From Adineta vaga (Eukaryota; Animalia; Rotifera): a stretch of DNA of 64,000 nucleotides. The notes under the pieces were generated by a model. The model ran no database searches. It had not been told where the DNA came from and saw only the letters and a list, made by a program, of their open reading frames with translations. The DNA lies in assembly GCA_021613535.1 (NCBI GenBank), contig CP075496.1, positions 8,122,001 through 8,186,000 on the forward strand. The letters are read 5' to 3'. This document shows, piece after piece, positions 47,361 through 60,042 of this stretch (positions are counted from its first letter, which is position 1; every line of letters starts with the position of its first letter). The translations under genes were made by a program, and so were the position numbers.

Positions 47361-48609
47361 ATGCATCGTATACGAATTTTTGAGTGAGTTTTGTTTCTTT
47401 GCACAGAATATTTGTTGGAAGTGATACATTTGATCTTTTCTTTTCTCATTTTGAAGAAATATTCGTGGTTCACCAGATGCACAACATAATAGAGAGAGTC
47501 TATTTATTACTGCTATTCGACCTATTATCGTTGAATTGGTAGAAATTCTTTTCTATTGACATATTGGAAAGTTTCGAGTTTAGGTGGGTACTTTCCTATT
47601 AGTTATGTTTAGTGTATGGGGCGGATGTAGTACAGGAAACAATCTCGTTCAAGGCGCTTTATGTTCTGGATGTACATTAATGGTACTTTTAGCAAGTTTT
47701 GGTTAGTTAAAGTCTTTGAACAATCAATAAAATTTTGATTGCATTCATTGTTAGGTCATATTAGGTAAATTCTAGGGAATTCGTATTATATTTGCTTGAG
47801 ATATGAATTATTTTCCAGTGGTACACATCTTAATCCATGTGTGACATTAGGTGTATTGATTGCTGGAGAAGTTAAATATTATTTAGCTTTCATTTATGTC
47901 ATAATGCAAGTCATTGGAGGTAGATTTTAGTTTGAATAAAAGTATTTTACTTTGGTCATTACAGGTATTGGAGCAGCTGGAATGGCACGTATATTGATTT
48001 CTTCAGAAGCATATGCAGTTTGTAATGGCGGTGCTACTTTATTAAATGATTTTAGTAAAACGAAATGGTGGCAGGTGAAATTACATTTAAGCATAAGATT
48101 GAAAGATTTTAAACATATAATTGTTTTCATCGATAGGGTTTAATTATTGAATTTTTTATTTCTTTTCTGTTGGTAACCGTTATTCTATTAGTAGCACTTG
48201 ATACAAAATCTAAAACAGGTTTAGCATCAATATTAATTGGATTTGCATTAGCTGGTAATATTCTTACAGCGTGTGTATAAGAGAACTGAATCGACTATGA
48301 ATGATGATCGTTTTCGTTTTTTTATAGAGGAGCCTATACGGGTGCAAGTATGAATCCAGCTCGATCGTTAGGTCCAGCTATTATAGCTAATGAATGGAAG
48401 AATCATTGTATCTATTGGATTGGACCTTTGTTAGGTGGTGCGATTGCTGGACTTATGTATCGGTAAGATGCGATAAAGTATAATGAATCAGATCTATTGA
48501 ATTGATTATTTATTTGATTAGTTTTATATGGGCACATCAAGATCGTCGATGGCCAAAACCGATAGAGAAAAGAACTAATGAAGCATCTAATGTTCCGTTT
48601 ACTGTATAG
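47361..48609 (+). CDS. Aquaporin (MIP family, AQP8-like), ~9 exons including a 10-nt microexon
   Basis: RPIIVEL|VGTFLL, G|HIS|[47 protein letters not shown]. Confidence 0.92.
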
Positions 48610-48726
48610 GTCTCTATATGCGAGTGTTCATTAAGTATACATTAGGAGAAGAGAAAAAAAACATCTTATTCAAATTTTTCCTATAAAATAAAAAACATAA
48701 CAAATATATATCTTCATTCGAAAGTA

Positions 48727-50442
48727 TTAATTTGATTCAATAATAATCGTTGAAAAACCTTGTAAATTGACTTGTCTATTAGTAATATTTTGTTTATCAT
48801 TATCTGTAGAGAAAATAATTTGATAATAATTGTCCGGAATAGGTATTCGTTGCATTCGATGACCAAGATTATGTGCAATAAGAACAGATTTACCATTATA
48901 TTCTCGTTCAAAGAGACATAAAGAACGAATACGTGTTGCTACATGTTTTAATAAACCAAAAAGTAATACATCAGATTGACAACGAGTTTGAATCAATTTT
49001 TTATAATGATTAACAAGTGAATTTGGATCAATCAATTGTTGATCAAGTGGCACACAACCATTGCTAACTTTTGTATATAAGGGTTCAAGCCATGTTGTTT
49101 GTCCTTGTGTTTGAGTAGTTGACCAAAGAAAAGGTTCTCGACGATATTTATCATGTGGTTTCATTCCTAACATACCTATTTCTTCTCCATAATAAATAAA
49201 AGGAAGACCAGGTAATGTTAAAAGTAATGCTGCTGCTAATTTTCCTTTCGATAAATTATTATTAAATACAGACATAACACGATTTTGATCATGATTCGAG
49301 AGGAATATTGCATCGAGAACTTGTCTATTCGTTTCTCTCTGATAAATATTCATGATTCGAATGTATGCATTTAATAATGATGAACCATTACCTTCATTTA
49401 ATATAGTTGAAATCAGTAGATCAGCTAGTTCAAAATTAAATACTGAATCAAGCGAACGAAGATAGGGTGCAATTTGATTTGATAAATCCCAAACTTCACC
49501 AATTAGATATACTGAAGGATTAATTTGAGATACTGCATGACGAAATTTAGTCCACCATGATATATTTGATTTGAGATGAGATGGTTTATAAAAATATTTA
49601 GCTGCATCAAGACGAAATCCATCGACACCTAATTCAAGCCATGTTTGACCAATACGACAGATTTCATCTTGAACACGTTCACAATCATAATTTAAATCCG
49701 GCATTCGTGGATCAAATATGGCATAATATGTATTTGTAGATAGTTTACTAGATTGGGTAGTAATTGTCGATGTTTCTTCATGCGTTGAAGATAATTTCGA
49801 TGTTATTCGATCATCTAAATAGATCTATTATATTCATATTCTCAATTGAAAACAATGAACAATCTTTTTTGATATCTTACCTTGATTTAAATCAATTGGT
49901 ATTTTTGATCGTTTTTCAAATTCTTCCCAATCGAAATGTTCACTTTCAGGACCTACATTATGCCATAATCCAGCAGCATTAATATCTGATGTATCAAAAG
50001 CACGTACGCCTAACTTTATCACTCGCTCACTATCTTTCCAAATATAATAATCTCGATACGAATTTGTTGAATCTAATTGAGCTTGTCGAAACCATGGATG
50101 ATCATAACTTGTATGATTAGCAACGAGATCTAGTACAACAAGTATACCACGTTGATGACATTCAGTAATTAAATGACGAAAATCATCAAGTGTTCCATAA
50201 TCTGGATGAACAGTCAAATAATCTTCGACATCATATTTATGATATGTTTTAGCTGGATGAATAGGCATTAACCATATTAATGTGATGCCTAAATCGGAAA
50301 GATAATCTAATTTTTGACGAAGACCATTTAAATCTCCGATACCATCTGAATTCGAATCGAAAAATGATTGAACAAATATTTCATAGCCAACGCCATGTAA
50401 ACATCGTTGTACTTGATCAGGTGTCAAACGTATTGAAGACAT
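48727..50442 (-). CDS. GH13 alpha-amylase-family glycosidase, bacterial AmyA/GH13_36-like; one intron 49880-49815
   Basis: YEIFVQSFFDSNSDGIGDLNG, HKYDVEDY, DLVANHTS, MPDLN, GVDGFRLDAAK, IGEVWD, FLSNHDQNR, YYGEEIGM; catalytic D/E/D intact; no signal peptide. Confidence 0.93.
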
Positions 50443-50887
50443 TTTCTATCGATTGTAGCAATAAATATCTATGATGGTTACTAATTTTTGTATTTTATGA
50501 TCTTCTAAAATTAAAATAACATCGAGATTTTGTAGAATTCATGCTCATTGTAACAAATGAGTTTTGTTCTCAATCCATTTCGTTCTCATGTTGAGTGTTA
50601 AAAGAAAATGTATAATGAAAACTTTCCTTAACCATTCAATAAATTACTCAAAGGATGTCACTAGATTTAGGAAAGAAAATAACGTCTAGACATTGGTTTA
50701 AATTTATAGAAAAGAGAATTGTATTTCTTTTGCAAAATCACCGAGTATTTAAAGATAAATCTTTGCACATCTCTTTCGTTATAACAATTCAGCCAGGATT
50801 TTACTTATTTATTCCCATCAAATAAACAAAAATTTTCTTTTCTTTCACAATAATAATTTTAGATTTCAATAAAAATCGAATCATAGT

Positions 50888-51523
50888 TTAACAATCAATA
50901 TTCGCAGCAAATTGATCCTTATAATTTCCTCGTGGGAAATACTTAGCTACAAAAAGTACACAATTATTGGTCGTATTACACACACCTAATCCAAATGATC
51001 GAGTACTTTTCCAAACAACTTGGGTGAAATGTAAAGCTGATTCCGGGTTTGTTGAATTATATTTTGGTTTCTCATTAAACCATGCAGACACTGGTGTTGC
51101 ACCTGAAATGTATACAAGGCAAAAGACACGATCATTCATTTTTATGAACTATTCTTTTTCTTAACAAACCATTATCACGAGCGAAGTCAAATGGACATTT
51201 TCTGTAACTAGTTTCACCGTGTTCAATTGTACCACTATGAGTCAATTCATCTTTGGAAGCTAATTTTTCACACCAGGATTGTGCTAAATCATCGAGTGTT
51301 TTATTTTGTTGTAAAGGTTCGGCTTTACATTGTGCACGAAATAGATTATGTTGTGCTAAAGCCTCTTGTCGATATCGTTCCAATGGAACACCTGAAGATC
51401 AGAACAGAAAAAACGAAAACTATTGAAATCTTTAACAAAAAAATCGATACTTTGAACTTGTTTACTACAAATTACGATGAATAGATAGATGAAAAGTACT
51501 GAGAAACAGTTGAATGTTGACAT
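50888..51523 (-). CDS. Secreted CAP/SCP (GAPR-1/PR-1-like) protein, 3 exons
   Basis: Signal-like MSTFNCFSVLFIYLFIVICS; ALAQHNLFR, AQSWCEKL, WFNE, HFTQVVWKST, VAKYFPRGN. Confidence 0.9.
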
Positions 51524-53171
51524 GATGTATTATCGATCGAATAAAACAAGTAAATGGTATGAATTTGTGTTTTATTTCGTTGTTAATATAGATACAGAAT
51601 CGAAATCAATCTGATATTAATTAAACGAGAAAAAGAAACTACTATTTGGTTTCTTTTCTTTTGTATTGGTTTGAAAACGGGTCATGTTTGTATTTTATAT
51701 ATCAGAATGAAATATATAACAGATGTGTGTTCTGAATATCTTGATTCTTACAAAACATATCTTCGTAGATTTAATTATAAACAAACAAAAATACTTTTCA
51801 GGAAAATCGAATTTCGAATATTAAGAACAGTACAGTTATTGAAGAAATAACTGGGTATCTTTACCGCCGAATATAGCTTTAACATAAGAGATTTAATTCT
51901 ATCTGTTAGAATTAATGATGCACAGAGAGCAAAAACAAATTATTTCAGACAATCACACAAAATACTCCTTTTTTGAAATCATTTATATTACGTTTAAAAC
52001 ATGCTACTGAAAGACATAAATATACGATAAAAAAATGTTAACATTATAAAGCATTCCTCTCTTCTTCTCTCGACAGTAGTTCGTATCATCTCGGTTTTTT
52101 TCCCATAATGTATAGATTACTTTCTAAAGTAACCATATATAAAGTTCAATAAAAAAAAGTAAAGAATTTAAATCACATGAACATTGATCGACAGTGCCAA
52201 TCACTAACTCTTTCAACACAATTAAATTTGTTCAACTATTACAAATTGTATCCTATAGAATCGAACAATATGATATACATTACCTTCAAAACAACAAAAA
52301 AAGTGTTTCACTTCATCAATCAATAATCACTAGACCAATGCGATATTCATCTATTTTCTTTTACTAAACCGACGATAGATTTTATATTTGATCATTTACG
52401 ATTGATTTGATTTCTCTTTTTCGAGAAAAAAAAATCAATCATTGCATAAGTATGTGTAAGACAGTTATTCTTAACATTTTTCAGTATAGAAAGTTCATTC
52501 ACGCATATCTAATCAAATTGAAGTTTATTTGAACATTTTCAATCGATATCGATGATCAGGTGTCAAATTTTCTCTCGTCTAATCTTTCTTATTTATGTTG
52601 TAAATGTCAATAGAAACCTAACTAATGATCTTGTAGAATAAGTCGAATGAAAAAGAACAGGAGGAGTTAAACTTTCTCAAACTAGGATCAAGTCACTTGA
52701 CGAACAGATTAAAGAATAAACATATGAACAGTTCCTTATTCATTATATTGAAATTATTGTTTATATATCTTTATTGACATAAGAGACCAATGAATATAAA
52801 CGAAAATGAGATGTATCAATGTAATCTTCCCTCGAGGCTTAAAAAAAGGAGAAGTAGAAGAAATAATAATAATAATCAATCATCTCCATTCATGATTACT
52901 ACCAGTCGTCATTGCTCTCCCTCTCTATCCATACTCTTCAAACCAATTACAACAGCCTGAAGCTGTGTGTCCAAATGCAATTTGATTACAGCCATACATA
53001 CATATCGTCACGTTCTGTGGCTCGCATCATCATCTTCATTTTATGTCTCTTTTTCTTCTCATTCCCCCCCCCTCTCCTCTTTTTTTTGCAAGATCATCGA
53101 CCATTGAATAGACCCGTAATTGGTGAGACGTTGAGCTGACTAATATGGACAGACAAACAACACATACACGC

Positions 53172-53196
53172 GTGTGTGTGTGTGTGTGTGTGTGTG
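53172..53196. repeat. (GT)12 microsatellite upstream of SoxB
   Basis: Read directly. Confidence 0.9.
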
Positions 53197-53470
53197 CGTC
53201 CGGGCTTTATGATTATTCTATTATTCTTGTTCTTCATTGAAGAAGAAGAAGCTAAAAAAACTAGAGAACTGTAATTTCTTTGTCGATGCTAAATAAGTCG
53301 CTTCCGCTGCTAGCCGTCTTCGATGCTTACTTCCGTTCGGTTCGTCGTCTTCATCATCTTATTCTTTTTCTTTTTTATAAACGAATTGCAATTTTTTTTC
53401 TCTGATCAAAAAAACGATCGGTACAAGTTAAATGAAAAGAATAATATTCTTTTCAAATGAAGAGTTAGTT

Positions 53471-53498
53471 AAAGAAAGAAAGAAAGAAAGAAAGAAAG
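53471..53498. repeat. (AAAG)7 microsatellite
   Basis: Read directly. Confidence 0.9.
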
Positions 53499-54377
53499 AG
53501 AGACAAAAAATACTATAACAATTCTTATTCTAATTGATTAAGAGGAATATCTTTTGATAGAATTGAAATCCTTTTTTGCAAGCATAACGTGAAAGATTCT
53601 TTTCCTTGATCAATGTTATTGAAGTAAATGAAACAAACTAATAAGCAATGTATACATTCGATTATTACACTTGTAAATTTTATTTTTCTTTTTGTACTGA
53701 AGAAGAGAAGTACGATAAATGTAAACTTTTATTCGAACATGTACTCTCAATTGTTCTTGCTCTCTCTCTCTCTCTTTTCGATTATTCAAAGACCAATAGA
53801 CGCATATTGTAATCGTTTTGTTGTTGGGTACTGCTATTTTTTTTCTCGCTTCCGAACGAGCAACAGAATAGAATAGGATAAAAGAGAAAGAAAAGAAAAA
53901 AGCGGAAAAGAAACGCCATGAATGGCCAATGACGATTTTTAATTTTCTTATTCTTTTTTTTCTTGTTCGTTTGTATTCTTCAATTTCGATTGGAGGGGAA
54001 AGAGAAAAAAGAACGAGTTGGGAGCTGTTGTTATTACTCTTATTGTTATTATTATTATTACTTGCTCATTCTCTCTTCCACTTGGTTGTCTCTATTTGAA
54101 TAACACTTTCTTAAGAATTGACGAGAACGACAAGAAAAGGCCTCGTTTCTCCTTTTCTCTGCCTCTCCCCCCTCTCTCTCTCTCTCTCTTCTTCTATTAA
54201 TGTGCACAGCACATAGTTCAAGTCATTATGTTTCGCTTTGTATATACATAGAGAGACCGAGAAAAAAAGAAGAAAAACTAGTTTTTTTTTCTTCGCTTGT
54301 CGAATAATATAATAGGCTTTTATCAAGTCTTCTATTGTATATAAGATAAGAAAAACGCGTCTTCAATATATTTCAGT

Positions 54378-55233
54378 ATGATGTGTAAGTGTGAAAATAC
54401 ATTCGAATAAAATCAGAAGAGAAAATAACTAAAACCTTTTCTTCATTTTTTCTCATCTTTTAGCTAATCTATTTCATCCACATCCGATTATGAATATGGT
54501 AAATAAGTCATCAAATTCAAATCTACCATTGAATGAACATATTAAACGACCTATGAATGCATTTATGGTTTGGTCTCGTGGTCAACGACGGAAAATGGCT
54601 CAAGAAAATCCTAAAATGCACAATAGCGAAATCAGTCGTCGTCTAGGTATTGATTGGAAACTACTTAATGATGAACAAAAACGACCATTCATTGACGAAG
54701 CAAAACGTTTACGTTCATTACATATGAAAGAACATCCGGACTATAAATATCGTCCACGACGTAAACCAAAATCTTTAATTAAAAAAGATCCCTATCCATT
54801 TACCTTTGCTTCTTTAACGACAACAAAAGATTGTCATGATTTAGCAAATTCAACCAGTATTCAACAACAATTAAATGAATCATTAGCGCTTAATCTGGAA
54901 AAATGTCGTTCAATGCTATCACCACAAACTAGTACGAATACAACAACAGCACCATCACTTTATCCATATCCACCTGGTAAATTAACGGATTTCTCCCCAG
55001 CAACATTTGCTTATAATCCACTTGCTTATGCAGCAGCATTATCTAGCCATTATCCATATAGTAGTATGTTATCTGCTACTTTAGCTGCAGCAGCTGTTGC
55101 TACATCTCCATCATCAAGTATATCATCGAATAATTCACTAAATGAACATCATTTTGGTCTTCATCGACCACAAGCACTTCTACCGACAAAATTATCTTCA
55201 GACACAAATAATAATTTTGAACCACGTTTTTAA
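54378..55233 (+). CDS. SoxB: SoxB HMG-box transcription factor (Sox14/21/Dichaete-like); main exon 54464-55233, possible 7-nt first coding exon 54378-54384
   Basis: [50 protein letters not shown] plus B-homology [11 protein letters not shown]. Confidence 0.95.
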
Positions 55234-56810
55234 GTAATCATACTTGTCTTTTTCTATATATATATAATTATCTTCGAATTAAAGAACAATTCAACAAACT
55301 CTTCTTAAGATTGCATCTGAATAGTTTTGTAGTAAAATAATGAGGATGATAATGGGGCTTGTTCATTTTATTCTTCTACACAGCGGGAGAATTTCTATAT
55401 CTTATGAATACACATGATTTGTCGTTGAAAAGTTCATTTCCCTCTCTTTAACTCTCTTTTTTTGTTGTGCTCCAGATGACTCGTTTTCTCAGCCATTGAG
55501 ACACATGATGTATGTCAATAGTTGAGACGATTGTGTTAGATTAGAAACGATAATTTAAAGAAACATTTATATATACATACATACATAAAACAACTTTTTT
55601 CTTCTTTTATTATCTGGTAAGAAGTATAATTCTATTTTCTGCTGTCGCAATCAATTGTTTAAAAGAATAGTCTTAATATCTTGATCATTTCCGATCGGAA
55701 TCAAAGTTTTTTTTTTGAAAAAAAATATTTGTCATCATTTAAGGGCGAAAGAGAAAAGAAACATTAGTCTATGTGGCTACGCTGACATATATCTTTCGGC
55801 AAAAGAAAAAAAAATCTATTCTGAGCTTAAATGAGCAGAAGATATAGGTGAGAACTGTCTTTTGCTCATTTTCTTTTAATGATGACGTTCCAGTCGACTT
55901 TGAACGGAAAGAGAACTGGCGTACGTACATCTATTATTTATTCATTTCAGTATCTATTATAAACAAGCAGGCAAATTCCGGAATACTGTGACAACATATG
56001 ATTAGCCCAAAACATCTTAAACTACTTTGCACGTTTGTCTAGTTCAACTGAAAAAAAAAAGAAGAAATTCTATTCAGTATAAAGCAGCAATCATCAATTG
56101 TGTGTTCATCAAGTGTGTCTCTTATATACGATAAGCCTTTTCTTTGCCTCTAATTGGTCTCATTTATAAATGCAAGTAAAAATGTGTATGTGTATATCAT
56201 TAAATAAGGAGAAAAAAAGAGCGAGAGAAAAACTGAGAAAAGAAATAGTTGTACATAAGCTTAATAGAAGACAAATTGAATTCAATTAGAAACTGCTGTG
56301 ACATACTTGGTCATGTTAGTAGTGAACCCTCTGGCTAACCGACATCTATCCATCTATTTCTCAAGATCAACAAACGAATCTGCCGCTCGATTACACACAC
56401 TTGAACACTTGTCCATCATTCGTCGTCTTCTATAGTTTTATATGCTACATATCCATTGCAATGTGATCAATTTAATGCACTTGAAAAGAACAATAATAAC
56501 AAATGTTCAACTAAATCACAAGAGAAAAGAGAGTAAGGGAGAAAACGAAGAACGACAACAGTTTTCAATTCATATATAAACAATTGACAGGAATTCTTTG
56601 CATAAATAATGTTCTGATTCTCATATAACAAGAATTCTCAATTATTTTCTTTTCCATAGATGATTGTATTTATACGAATATGCATATCATCATTAAATAA
56701 TAAATAATTTCTTTTATGAATTCTTCATCCTAATACAAAATTTGCATTTAAAAGAAAAAATATATTCATGTGAGCAAAAATATTGGTTCATTAAAAACGT
56801 CATAGTTCAT

Positions 56811-58119
56811 TTATTGATCAACTCTAACAACAACATTATTTTTATTGGATCTTGTTTCGTATCCATTGGGTATTGCAGAGCGATAGACGACATTTGCAGG
56901 ACGTTGTCCTGGTACAGCATAAACTTGAGAAGTTGGTTGAGGATACGATAATGTACTTGGTGGAGGCATGAGTGCATAAGCTTGACCACCAATACGTGGA
57001 CGTTTGCCAAAGTATGAGAAAAATCCTTCTTCTTGACCAAGACAACATAACATGAAGAATAAGAAAATGATTGTGCCCACTGCTAAAATTGAACCTAAGA
57101 CAATTCCAGCTATTTTAAGGCCATAGTTTGACGATGGATCTAAATAGATAGAAGTTAATACATTTTTACTAATTGTATCTAAGCTTACATAAACCAAGAA
57201 ATACTCCACAAATAATGACACAAATGATAGCAATGATGAGAACAATCAGAGCAATAATTATAATCAAACAGGTATGTTTATAGAAAAAATTTAAAATTCT
57301 ATGCGATAAAGACGTTTTCACTGAAGTACCAGATGAATTGTAACCCTACAATTAAAGAATATTATTTTCTAAATAATGAATGATTGCAATGACGTGAATA
57401 CATACACGATCTCGTGAATCTGTTTTTTTTCAATAATGAATATGATGAAAAAAAACGGTAAACAATGTTTAGTATAAATAAAACGTAATGAGTTTACCCG
57501 ATGAACTATCGGGACAACATGGAAAACAGCCATAGTCATCATTGGAATCTACAATATTGAAATGCGACATTCATATCAGAATTATCAGAAGAAAAAGCAT
57601 TCTCACTATGATATTGTTCTACTCTTGGAGCTGATTGTGAATAATATGCATGTCCGGGACTTGGTGAACGAGATCTTGGTCGTGTACGAATAACTTGCGG
57701 TGCATAAGTCTGAGGATTATCAATGTATACAGGTGGTGCACGATCAGGACTCAATACATGCGCAGTATTTTGAACACCAGCAGGTCGTCGAACAACATAA
57801 ACCTGTTTATTCTAGAAGGTACGCACTTATATTGTAGAAAAATTTCGCTAATTATTTTAAAAGTACTGACACTATCATTATCAACTCGAACTGGTCTGCT
57901 GTAATCATCGACATAAATCGGTGCTTGTTCGACTTGGGGATTCTTCTGATTACGTACGACAACAACGCGTGAAGATGCTGGCACATTTGTTCGTGGTGTA
58001 ACTGCGTCGGCTGAGCGAATGATTGTTGGTTGAGAATATCCAGGTTCATAAACTGGAACATAAACTGGATCACGGTCTTTAGGAGCTGATCGATAGACAA
58101 CACGTCTAGTATCACTCAT
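56811..58119 (-). CDS. Uncharacterised membrane protein, ~6 exons, two hydrophobic helices near the C-terminus
   Basis: In-frame joins: ..DNDS|NKQVYVVRRP..QYH|..YGCFPCCPDSSS|DSRDR (14-nt exon 57419-57406)|GYNSSG..CLIIIIALIVLIIAIICVIICGVFL|DPSSNYGLKIAGIVLGSILAVGTIIFLFFMLCC. Confidence 0.72.
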
Positions 58120-59266
58120 ATTTCTTGTTGCTGCCGTAGACAATGAACGACACTTTCAAATGTAAACTGAGAGAAAAAATACACATAAACTTTCGTTTCT
58201 GTTTGTTCTCATGCACTTTAACGTTGTCGTGCACGCGGCCCGATGCAAATACTTTTTTATTTTCTTAAATTGTGGGCAGTACTTTAGACTTGTACATGAC
58301 AATAGTGATTTTTCTTTCTATCAGACAAACGAAGAAAAAAACAGTTCGCTTCAATGTAATATAATCTTACGTTGTTGGGAGGTTTTTTCTTCTTCTCCTC
58401 CTTATGTTTATTGAAAAAAAAACGAAACATTTGAAGAGCTCAAGTGATCAATTGTTTATCATTAGAAAAGCATTTTCTAATGTGTTAGTTTAGTTATACA
58501 GAGACAATCTTAACTGAAAATATTTCATCGGAATAGTTGAAATTCCACAAGATAGGTTAGATGATGTTGAGTTCATGCTTACCACATACAATGGTTCTTA
58601 TCGATGGAATTCGTTGTTTCGACTCTTTTGAAGTCATATATCTATCTAGCAACGAAAGATTCGATCACTTAGTAATAGAAGAGCGTAAATGAGTTGCATT
58701 TTTGTATTTTTGTTACGAAGTAATGTAAACAAGTCGCCACCCAACATACTTCGTAGTAGAAAGATAAGTAGAGCAAATATTTACAAGAATGTCTTGGCAA
58801 ATCTATACGAACACTCATCTTATTCATATTCTCACATTCATTTCGACTAGCCTTCGATGCATATGAAATTATGTTAAAAATAGCTTTTGTTAGTAAAGTA
58901 TTGAAAAGAAAGTTCACATTCGTGGATTATTTGCTGGAAGACAATATTCAAATACCATCGATTACATTTCGAAACAAAATTTTTATAATTATTTTCAGTT
59001 CTCTGGAAGATTGACTAGTATGAATAAATTTTCTATAAACTATTGTGATTCATCGTATTACAAAACGAATGGATCTAGAGATGATTGATACTGAATACAC
59101 AAAAGTCATCAGAAAAATGAAATAAAACTAAACAAAATATTCATTTCAGTCTTTGAATCAATTTATTAATAAACATCCAGGATAACAGAGAGTTTCCATA
59201 ATTTCATCAGAAACAAAACAAATCTGTTTGTTTCATAAACTGCAGTTCATATAGTCATGCAATATT

Positions 59267-60042
59267 TCATTGATGAATTATTTCTTCCTCTTCCTCTCCA
59301 GCTACAACGATAGGTCGTCGGATGAAATAAATTGATTTATTCTAAAATAAAATTATCTATGTAGAACAAAAGATTCTATTGCTGAATAGAAATGACTCAC
59401 TCCAACACTGGTAGAAATGGGAACAGTTACGGTATCTTGTCTTTTTTCATCGCCTGATCGATTTGATTTTTGAGTTCCTTGACGATTGTTTCTGCTACGA
59501 ACAACAACAACACGCCGAGTAGATCCTAATTCTGCTCGTGGTGTATTAGCATTGACAAGTCGTTCCGGTGATGATGATCGCAATTGTTCTCTTATCGGTA
59601 ATTGCGAGTCCATTCTTATAGGTACTCGTCGCTCTTCTCGTGTTGATACTTGTGGATCTATTCTTATAGGCACTTGTCGTTCTTCTCGCACCATTTGTTG
59701 TGGCTCGTATTTTACTGTTGAATACTGTTCAAATTTTATAGGCACTCGGTGTTCTCTTCGCAATAACACGTTTGGTTCCCTTCTTCCTGGTAATGGTCGT
59801 TCCTCTCTGATCAAAAGTCTTGTTTGCTCTTTTGATGGTAATTGCAACTCATCTGTTAACGGTGATGGTGGTGTAGCTGGTGGTGATGGTGACCATCTCC
59901 TTGTTGACGAATCTTCTGACTGTATAAGTTTTGCGGTAACATGAGATCGTGATTGATCTATTGGATTGATATACGCAATAAGTTTTCTATTTGGTGATCG
60001 GTGTATAAAGCGTTTGGTCTGAACAAGATCTCTTGAGGTCAT
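59267..60042 (-). CDS. Uncharacterised disordered protein with REERxVPI repeats, 2 exons (intron 59400-59342)
   Basis: 229-aa ORF with donor gtgagt and in-frame terminal exon NKSIYFIRRPIVVAGEEEEEIIHQ*. Confidence 0.72.

Noticed and set aside
59486-59944. 152-aa plus-strand ORF
   Set aside because: Antisense shadow of the repeat-containing minus-strand gene; no ATG start.
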